From an uncultured Gammaproteobacteria bacterium (GTDB lineage Bacteria; Cyanobacteriota; Vampirovibrionia; Gastranaerophilales; CAZEDP01): DNA of 64,000 nt. Position 1 is the stretch's first letter. Each line of letters opens with the position of its first letter. The DNA lies in contig CAZXPD010000006.1 of assembly GCA_964643065.1 (NCBI GenBank), forward strand, positions 552-64,551, read 5' to 3'. The notes below the pieces were generated by a model. It was not told where the DNA came from and searched no databases. It was given only the letters and a program-made list of their open reading frames with translations. A program made the translations under genes and the position numbers. Positions 57,576 to 64,000 of this stretch are shown here, in pieces.

Positions 57576-58408
57576 AATTAACAGTTTTAACAGACAACAC
57601 AATACTTCAGAGCAAAAATTTCCTTGGTGAACATGGTTTAAGTTTTTATATAGAAGCTAATGAAAAAAAAATTCTGTTTGATACAGGTTACTCTGATGTT
57701 TTTATAAAAAATGCTCAAAAAATGGGAATAAATCTTCTAAATTTGAATTATATTGTTTTTTCTCACGGACATTATGATCATACTTGGGGGCTGTCTCACT
57801 ACTTATCGATGCATACCTCAGCCGTTAAGCAGAAACATAATTATAAAAAGCCGGTAATATTAAGCCATCCTGATACTTTTAGTGAAAAAAGCGAAGATAA
57901 ACTTGGTGAAATAGGTAGTTTATTACCTGCGGGTAAGCTCTATAAAAACTTTGACCTGAATTTAACAAAACAACCTTTTTGGATAACAGATAATCTTGTT
58001 TTTCTCGGTGAAATACCGAGAAATAATGATTTTGAAGGCAAAGAATCTATCGGCGCGGTATTTCAGGATAACAAATATGTACCTGATTATATAATTGATG
58101 ATTCTGCCTTGGTGTATAAATCTGATAAAGGACTGGTTATAATAACAGGATGCTCACATTCAGGAATTTGTAATATATGCAGTTATGCAAAAGAAATATG
58201 TCAAGAGAACAATGTTATAGATATTATTGGGGGATTCCATTTAATAAATCCGCCGCCTGTGAGATTATCAAAAACCGGTGAATTTCTGAAAAAGCTCAAT
58301 GTTGATAAAATACATCCTTGTCATTGTACTGATTTAGCATCAAAATTAGTTTTGTCAAAAACGTTAAATATAGAAGAAATCGGTGTAGGTTCTATTTTAG
58401 GATATTGA
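57572..58408 (+). CDS. MBL-fold metallo-hydrolase (COG1237-like)
   Basis: FSHGHYDHTWG (HxHxDH) and GCSHSG. There is an ATGA overlap with the methyltransferase gene. Confidence 0.7.
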   Translation: MKLTVLTDNTILQSKNFLGEHGLSFYIEANEKKILFDTGYSDVFIKNAQKMGINLLNLNYIVFSHGHYDHTWGLSHYLSMHTSAVKQKHNYKKPVILSHPDTFSEKSEDKLGEIGSLLPAGKLYKNFDLNLTKQPFWITDNLVFLGEIPRNNDFEGKESIGAVFQDNKYVPDYIIDDSALVYKSDKGLVIITGCSHSGICNICSYAKEICQENNVIDIIGGFHLINPPPVRLSKTGEFLKKLNVDKIHPCHCTDLASKLVLSKTLNIEEIGVGSILGY

Positions 58409-58446
58409 TATAAAAAATCAAAAGCCATATAGTGAAAGTTATACTT

Positions 58447-59865
58447 TTACTTACCTACACAAAAGCTTTCAAAAATATTATTAATAATTTCGTCAGAAAC
58501 AACTTCGCCGGTGATTTCGCCCAGAGAAACAAGGGCTGATTTTAAATCTATTGCGATAAAATCCTGCTCCTTTTTCTCTTTAGAGCTTTCAAGAGCAAAC
58601 TCAAGAGATTTTTTTGCTTTTTCAAGGCAGTCTTTCTGCCTTAAATTTACTGAAAATTCTTGACTTTCATTTACTGTGCCGGAAAAAATCAGACTTTTGA
58701 TTTGATTTTCCAATTTTGCCAAACCTTCTCCCGTAAATGCCGAGCACCCGATAAATTTTAATTCGTCATCCTGAGCTGTGCTAAGGATCTCAAAATTTTT
58801 GTCTGTTTTTGCTGTCCTTTCTTTCGGAAGGTCAATCTTAGAGCCGATAAGAACATGGGGCATGTCTTTTATTTCGTTGTAAAGAATCCCATCCTCTTCA
58901 ACAAAGCCCTTTGAAGAATCAAAAACAAACAGCACAATATCTGCGGATTTTATTGCGGATTTTGCAATATCTATCCCTATGGCTTCAATATTTCCGTGAG
59001 TATCGTCCGAAACTTCTCTGATTCCTGCCGTATCCGTTAAAGTAACGGGAATTCCAGCTATATCAACTGTTTCTGTTATTACATCTCTTGTAGTTCCCGG
59101 GATTTCGGTTACGATTGAACGCTCAATTTTTAGAAGGGCATTAAAAAGCGAAGATTTGCCGACATTAGGTCTTCCGGCAATTGCGGCTTTTATCCCGTTT
59201 TTCATTAAATTATAGCCTGATGTAGACTTAAGAATTTCTTCGATACGGCTTATTAATACCGATATTTCTTCTTCCAAAAACCCGTATTTCGGCTCATCAA
59301 CCTCATCAGGGAAATCAATCGCGGCATTGATTGCTGAAAGAAGTTTAATTAATTCTTCTCTTTGTTCATTTATAAACAGTGAAAGTTTGCCTGCGAGGTT
59401 AGAAGCAGAAACCTGCGCAAACTTTTCGGTTTTTGAATTAATTAAATCCAGGACAGCCTCAGCTTTACTCAAATCCATTTTGCCGTTCATAAAGGCTCTT
59501 TTGGTAAACTCTCCTCTTTCCGCAGGTCTTGCTCCTGATTTAATACAGAGATCAAGAATTGATCTGACTATATTCAAACCGCCATGGCACTGTATTTCAA
59601 TAACATCTTCACCGGTATAGCTTTTTGGTGATTTAAAATAAATCAGAACAACTTCATCTAAAGGTTTTTTGTCTTTGATTATCCAACCTCTTAAAACCTT
59701 GTTTTCTTCAAAAACTGCCGGTTTTTGTTCTTTAAGACTGAATGAAAAAATCCTTTTAATAACCCGGACTGCTTCAGGACCGCTAACTCTGATGATACCT
59801 ACACTTCCCGTCCCTATAGGCGTGGCAATTGCGCAGATAGTATCATCAAAAATTTTTATTTCCAT
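58447..59865 (-). CDS. mnmE: tRNA modification GTPase MnmE
   Basis: DTICAIATPIG, GRPNVGKSSLFNAL, DTAGIR and the C-terminal CVGK. Confidence 0.9.
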   Translation of the reverse strand: MEIKIFDDTICAIATPIGTGSVGIIRVSGPEAVRVIKRIFSFSLKEQKPAVFEENKVLRGWIIKDKKPLDEVVLIYFKSPKSYTGEDVIEIQCHGGLNIVRSILDLCIKSGARPAERGEFTKRAFMNGKMDLSKAEAVLDLINSKTEKFAQVSASNLAGKLSLFINEQREELIKLLSAINAAIDFPDEVDEPKYGFLEEEISVLISRIEEILKSTSGYNLMKNGIKAAIAGRPNVGKSSLFNALLKIERSIVTEIPGTTRDVITETVDIAGIPVTLTDTAGIREVSDDTHGNIEAIGIDIAKSAIKSADIVLFVFDSSKGFVEEDGILYNEIKDMPHVLIGSKIDLPKERTAKTDKNFEILSTAQDDELKFIGCSAFTGEGLAKLENQIKSLIFSGTVNESQEFSVNLRQKDCLEKAKKSLEFALESSKEKKEQDFIAIDLKSALVSLGEITGEVVSDEIINNIFESFCVGK

Positions 59866-60998
59866 TTATTCTTTTTGGTTCTTTTCATTTTTTCAGGGGT
59901 ATCATCATCGGATTCAATGTCTTTTTTTTCGACAGGCTTGACGTCTAAAACTGCCTTTGCAGGAATAGACTTGTTTTGTTCTTCAATTTCTATTTGTTTA
60001 TTGATAATAACCGTTTGAACTACCTGAATAATATTGCTTACAACCATATACAGCAAAACCCCGGCAGGTATGGGGAAAAAGACAAACATGGCAGTTACCA
60101 TTATGGGCATTACGGTTCCCATTTGTTCCTGCATTGCTCTTTGAGCAGGGTCCATGGACGATTTATCCTGTGAAGCCGTCATTACTTTTTGAGAAAGGAA
60201 CATTGTAACCCCAAACAATGCGATGAGAATTAATACATCTATGTTGAGCACAGGTTTTACATTCTCGGTTTTTACACTGCTGACAAGCAAATTATCCTTT
60301 TTGGCGAAGTCAATATATTCAATTTCCTTGGTAGTATTATTAATAACCAGAATCTTTGCTCCTGTTACTTCGGCAAGAGTAGTGAAAGGCAAATCAATTT
60401 TGTCCAAACTCACTTTAAAATCAATATTCTGTCCGGGAACGATTTCTTTTGTCTGTTTTTCAAGAGCGGAATTTGCTTTATTTACCAAAACATTATTTAA
60501 CGTCTTGCCGTCTTTAACAAATACTGTTATATTTTTGCCCATTGCAAAGGTATCATTTTTCTCAACACCGAAAGCCTTATCTCCCAATACTCCGGCATGA
60601 CTTCTTATGGGAGCATCAAGCCTGTGTATAAACCAAAAAGAAGACTTGCCCGCCATCTCATTAAATTGAGGACTGGAAAGAGCAGCATATAATAAAATAA
60701 ATATAGGCATTTGAATTAATAATGGGAAACATCCGCCGAACGGATTGAACTGGTGTTCTTTATAAAACTCAGCCATTTTTTTCTGCATTTCCTGCGGATT
60801 GCCTTTATGGCGGTTTTGTATTTCTTTGAGCTTCGGAGAAAGCTCCTGCATTTTTTTCATTGATTTTTGCTGAGAAACGCTCAAAGGCCACATAACGACT
60901 CTCACCAGAACGGTAAGAACAATTATTGCCATGCCGTAACTGCCTGTTATATTACTTAATCCTTTCAGGAAATCTACTGTTAACTCTGTGAAATCCAC
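59856..60998 (-). CDS. yidC: Membrane protein insertase YidC/Oxa1 family with an inserted soluble segment and a basic tail
   Basis: WPLSVSQQKSMKKMQELSPKLKEIQ, GCFPLLIQMPIF and a Lys-rich C-terminus. GTG start with GAGAGG upstream. Confidence 0.85.
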   Translation of the reverse strand: MDFTELTVDFLKGLSNITGSYGMAIIVLTVLVRVVMWPLSVSQQKSMKKMQELSPKLKEIQNRHKGNPQEMQKKMAEFYKEHQFNPFGGCFPLLIQMPIFILLYAALSSPQFNEMAGKSSFWFIHRLDAPIRSHAGVLGDKAFGVEKNDTFAMGKNITVFVKDGKTLNNVLVNKANSALEKQTKEIVPGQNIDFKVSLDKIDLPFTTLAEVTGAKILVINNTTKEIEYIDFAKKDNLLVSSVKTENVKPVLNIDVLILIALFGVTMFLSQKVMTASQDKSSMDPAQRAMQEQMGTVMPIMVTAMFVFFPIPAGVLLYMVVSNIIQVVQTVIINKQIEIEEQNKSIPAKAVLDVKPVEKKDIESDDDTPEKMKRTKKNKWK

Positions 60999-61019
60999 TT
61001 TAATAACCTCTCAAATTTA

Positions 61020-61247
61020 CTACGGAACCGGATCATACCCTCCCGGGTGAAGCGGGTTGCATTTAATTATTCTAACTATACCAAGACCAATGCCTTTTAA
61101 AAAGCCGTGTTTTAATATTGCTAAGCGGGTATATTCACTGCAGGTAGGGTGAAACCTGCATACTTTGGGAGTATTTTTCGATACAAATTGATACATTTTT
61201 ATCAAAAACAGGGCAATTTTTTGCGGTATTTTAAAAATTTTTTTCAA
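61020..61247 (-). CDS. yidD: Membrane protein insertion efficiency factor YidD
   Basis: [10 protein letters not shown] motif. 75 aa. Confidence 0.85.
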   Translation of the reverse strand: MKKIFKIPQKIALFLIKMYQFVSKNTPKVCRFHPTCSEYTRLAILKHGFLKGIGLGIVRIIKCNPLHPGGYDPVP

Positions 61248-61627
61248 GGTTTAATTTCTCCTGCCCCAAATTTTTTAGATGCTCTGCCCAAACAATCCGA
61301 AACAGCATCATATATCATGTTATAGTCTGCCGACAGAGAATCATCTCGTGCAATGAATATTATTTTATCCCAAGGTACAAAACAAAACCCGAATTTTTTG
61401 ACAATATTTCTGTATGATTCTCTTATTAGCCGTTTGATTCTGTTTCTTTTACAGGAACTTTTAGAAATTTTTTTGCTGACAACAAAACCGGCTTTAGCAG
61501 GAATTTGCAAATCTTGTTTTATTTTGCCCGTGTATAAAATTAGCAGAGAATTTGCGGTTGATTTTCTTTGATTATAGACAACGCTGAATTCTCTGCTATT
61601 TTTTAATCTTTGTGATTTAGGCAGCAT
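61244..61627 (-). CDS. rnpA: Ribonuclease P protein component
   Basis: Basic 127-aa protein with a [11 protein letters not shown] (RNR-like) motif, positioned between rpmH and yidD. Confidence 0.8.
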   Translation of the reverse strand: MLPKSQRLKNSREFSVVYNQRKSTANSLLILYTGKIKQDLQIPAKAGFVVSKKISKSSCKRNRIKRLIRESYRNIVKKFGFCFVPWDKIIFIARDDSLSADYNMIYDAVSDCLGRASKKFGAGEIKP

Positions 61628-61780
61628 TTAAGCTCTTTTTTTAGCTTCTATTGCAAGTTTATGACGACCTTTAGCTCTTCTTCTGTTCATTACTTCTTGT
61701 CCGCCGGGAGTTTCCATTCTTGCGAGAAAGCCGCTTTTGCGCTGTCTTTTTCTTTTAGTTCCTTCGAGTGTTCTTCTCAT
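61628..61780 (-). CDS. rpmH: 50S ribosomal protein L34
   Basis: My own translation of the minus strand gives [50 protein letters not shown]. It is absent from the ORF track because it is under 60 aa. The stop abuts the rnpA start. Confidence 0.85.
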   Translation of the reverse strand: MRRTLEGTKRKRQRKSGFLARMETPGGQEVMNRRRAKGRHKLAIEAKKRA

Positions 61781-61881
61781 TTTTATTTCCTTTATCGCTT
61801 AAAATTATTTTTTTATTCATGTAAAATACCGCGAATAACTAATTATGTCATGCTTAAAAATTTTTTTGAACAACAAAATGA

Positions 61882-62433
61882 TTATTTTTTTGAAACAAAG
61901 CGGTTATTTTTTATATAAAACCGCCAGGGATAATCGCTTGCAAGTTTTATTCCAATTCTTGTTGTTTGAATAACAGAATTTTTATTTATATTATCGCCTT
62001 TTTCAATCCACAATCCGTTGTTTGGTAATGTCAAGTCGGCTTCGTTCAATTCTTTTGTAATAAAAAGCTCTCTGCATAATTTCCCGGGACCGTTTGTGTT
62101 TTTTAAAGGCTCTATCGGTTCAAGCGCCCTTATTAAAACTGCGCCCGCAATTTCTTCAGGCTCGGTTATAACATTAAAACAGTGGTACATACCGTAAATA
62201 AAATAAACATAAGCAATGCCCGGCTGTTTAAAAAGCGTTGCCGCCCTCGGAGTTTTTCCTCTGTATGCATGACATGCGGGATCATTTTGCTTATAGGCTT
62301 CGGTTTCAACAATGATACCTTTTAAAATTCCGTTTTCGGTTTTTCTGCAAAGCTTACATCCCAAGAGCTCTCGGGCAACAATCAAAGTGTCTCTTTCATA
62401 AAAACTTTTTTCAGGTATATTTTTCATGTTCAA
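61882..62433 (-). CDS. mpg: DNA-3-methyladenine glycosylase (Mpg/AAG family)
   Basis: VARELLGCKL, IVETEAYKQNDPACHAYRGKTPR and YVYFIYGMYHCFNV. Confidence 0.8.
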   Translation of the reverse strand: MNMKNIPEKSFYERDTLIVARELLGCKLCRKTENGILKGIIVETEAYKQNDPACHAYRGKTPRAATLFKQPGIAYVYFIYGMYHCFNVITEPEEIAGAVLIRALEPIEPLKNTNGPGKLCRELFITKELNEADLTLPNNGLWIEKGDNINKNSVIQTTRIGIKLASDYPWRFYIKNNRFVSKK

Positions 62434-62519
62434 AGGTTTAATTCAATCCAAAGAGATTTTATAGTTTAATTATAGATAATAATATTTTGGAAGAAAAAGA
62501 TTTATTACAGAGGACTTAA

Positions 62520-63182
62520 ATGTTTTCCAATTTAAGAGAAGATATACAGACAATTTTTGACAAAGACCCTGCCGCTAAGAGCATATTCGAGATTATTTTT
62601 CTTTATCCCGGCTTACATGCTCTTTTGGCGCACAGATTTGCCCACAAGCTCTATAAATGGAAAGTTCCCTTTATACCGCGTCTTGTTTCTCAAGTACTTA
62701 GATTCACAACCGGTATAGAAATTCACCCGGGCGCGGAAATAGGAAGAAGATTTTTTATCGACCACGGCATGGGCGTTGTAATAGGAGAAACATGTATTAT
62801 AGGCGATGATGTGCTTCTTTATCAGGGAGTAACTCTTGGCGGAACGGGAAAAGAACACGGTAAAAGACACCCGACACTAAAAAACAACGTCGTTGTAGGT
62901 TCGGGAGCAAAAGTTCTCGGCAATATTACCATAGGCAATAACGTAAGAATAGGCGCGGGCTCTGTTGTTATAACGGATGTACCGGATGATTCAACTGTAG
63001 TAGGCATACCCGGGAGAGTAGTAATGCATAAAAACGAAAAAATCAGCCAGCTTGAACATAATGTTATCCCCGACCCGATTAAGGATGCTTTAAATGTTCT
63101 TACAGACGATATTAAAGAAATAAAAGAACTCCTTAAAGCACATCACTGCGGGAAAGACGAGGATTTTAACTGCGATTCATAA
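62520..63182 (+). CDS. cysE: Serine O-acetyltransferase
   Basis: DPAAKS...YPGLHALLAHRFAH N-domain and hexapeptide repeats (IHPGAEIGRRFFIDHGMGVVIGE). Confidence 0.85.
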   Translation: MFSNLREDIQTIFDKDPAAKSIFEIIFLYPGLHALLAHRFAHKLYKWKVPFIPRLVSQVLRFTTGIEIHPGAEIGRRFFIDHGMGVVIGETCIIGDDVLLYQGVTLGGTGKEHGKRHPTLKNNVVVGSGAKVLGNITIGNNVRIGAGSVVITDVPDDSTVVGIPGRVVMHKNEKISQLEHNVIPDPIKDALNVLTDDIKEIKELLKAHHCGKDEDFNCDS

Positions 63183-63206
63183 ACTTAAACAAAGAAAGAC
63201 AGAAAA

Positions 63207-63833
63207 TTGGAAAAATTAAAAGGAAACAAAATAATAGCGGTAGTGCGCGCAGACAATGGCGAAAAGGCTTTAGAAATCTCCAGAGCCTTGATAAAAGGCG
63301 GGATAAAAGTAATAGAGGTAGCCGTCAGTTTTAAAGAAGCCTGCACGGTGATTGAAGAGCTCTCTAAAAACCCCGATATAATAGTTACTGCCGGTTCGGT
63401 AATTACTAACAATCAGGCCGGTCTGGCAATAAAAGCCGGCGCTAAGTTAATAGTTTCACCCGTTGCCGAGTTAAACCTCGTCAAATTATGCAAAAGCTAC
63501 GATGTTCAGGTAATAACTGCGGTTTCTACGCCTAACGAAGCTTATTCGGCATGGAAAGCCGGTGTTAATACCGTGAAAATATTCCCCGCCAAAGCCCTCG
63601 GCGGTCCCGATTATATAAAAGACATTCTAACCCCGATGCCGTTTTTAAGTCTGATACCCGCCGGCGGAGTGGGGGAGGATTTGGTTGATTACTTCAAAGC
63701 AGGTGCATCTGCGGTTAGTATGGCACGAGCGCTTTATTCTGATAATGACAGTTTTGAAACAATCGTTTCAAAAACGCAGGGAATTGTTCAGAGTTATCAT
63801 AAGTATAGAGAGAGTCTTTCATCTGGCATGTAA
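63207..63833 (+). CDS. eda: KDPG/KHG aldolase family protein
   Basis: IIAVVRADNGEKALEISRALIKGGIKVIEV and VKIFPA...GG. TTG start with a weak SD. Confidence 0.65.
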   Translation: MEKLKGNKIIAVVRADNGEKALEISRALIKGGIKVIEVAVSFKEACTVIEELSKNPDIIVTAGSVITNNQAGLAIKAGAKLIVSPVAELNLVKLCKSYDVQVITAVSTPNEAYSAWKAGVNTVKIFPAKALGGPDYIKDILTPMPFLSLIPAGGVGEDLVDYFKAGASAVSMARALYSDNDSFETIVSKTQGIVQSYHKYRESLSSGM

Positions 63834-63878
63834 TTGTTTACAGCTTTTGTAGTTTTTTACGATAATTTTTAGTGATTT

Positions 63879-63922
63879 TTGCATCCTATTTGCTACCTAT
63901 TTGCAGCCTTTTTGCAACCTAT
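63879..63922. repeat. Four in-phase 11-bp tandem direct repeats
   Basis: TTGCATCCTAT, TTGCTACCTAT, TTGCAGCCTTT and TTGCAACCTAT are contiguous (consensus TTGCANCCTAT). They lie in the intergenic DNA after eda. Confidence 0.7.
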
Positions 63923-64000
63923 TTTATAAATGCTGTTTTATTCAAATCGCCCTTTGAGGCTGTGTTTATAAGGAAATTGGTCTCTTATCATAATTTTTGT

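Noticed and set aside
55647-58408. Calling the locus of Cys-rich ORF, radical SAM, methyltransferase and MBL a definite RiPP biosynthetic cluster.
   Set aside because: It has no recognisable leader/core architecture, no RiPP recognition element, no protease and no transporter. The genes sit inside an operon dominated by Fe-S and NifX-type proteins. I kept it only as an alternative hypothesis in the findings.
61781-61881. Possible oriC or DnaA-box cluster next to rpmH.
   Set aside because: There are no TTATCCACA-like 9-mers and no dnaA gene. The gap is only 100 bp and the neighbouring gene is mpg.
1-64000. CRISPR arrays, rRNA, tRNA, tmRNA, SRP RNA and insertion sequences.
   Set aside because: I saw no regularly spaced repeats of 25-40 bp, no T-loop (GGTTCGAATCC-like) motifs in intergenic DNA and no transposase-like ORFs. 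Coding density leaves little room. A covariance-model scan would be needed to exclude small RNAs formally.

Overview
This is a visibly AT-rich, densely coding bacterial chromosomal window with about 60 genes, short intergenic gaps and several convergent 3' overlaps. I saw no transposase, phage gene, CRISPR array, rRNA or tRNA. Most genes are housekeeping: xerD, fba, uvrC, pheA, rqcH, rnhC, ftsY-ffh, ruvB, gcvT-H-PA-PB, aroC-aroK-aroB, pgi, nusB, pyk, mnmE-yidC-yidD-rnpA-rpmH, mpg, cysE and eda. A diderm envelope is indicated by lpxK, a GT9 heptosyltransferase, an MlaD/MCE protein and an SLH-plus-OprB-type porin. The porin type, a Clp_N-repeat-only protein and a long NusB fit a non-photosynthetic cyanobacteria-related or similar low-GC diderm lineage, but this is inference only. 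Two things stand out. (1) A MerR-controlled ten-gene operon at about 51.2-58.4 kb encodes NifX-like domains, two DUF5320 proteins, two MinD-ferredoxin ATPases, an Mrp/NBP35-NifX fusion, a small Cys-rich protein, a radical SAM enzyme, a methyltransferase and an MBL hydrolase. It looks like an uncharacterised metallocluster assembly or delivery system. (2) Sugar-metabolism enzymes that are normally cytosolic (fba, pgi, trehalase, M6P-isomerase cupin, a metallophosphoesterase and possibly a HAD phosphatase), plus four orphan proteins, share a polar non-hydrophobic N-terminal extension. It starts M-x-I and ends in a [S/N/H/Y]-F-[G/K] motif, and may be a sorting or processing signal. Other observations include an internally triplicated orphan membrane protein, a duplicated ftsY start forming a coupled mini-ORF, helically phased 11-bp tandem repeats at the window end, and rpmH, which the ORF track missed.
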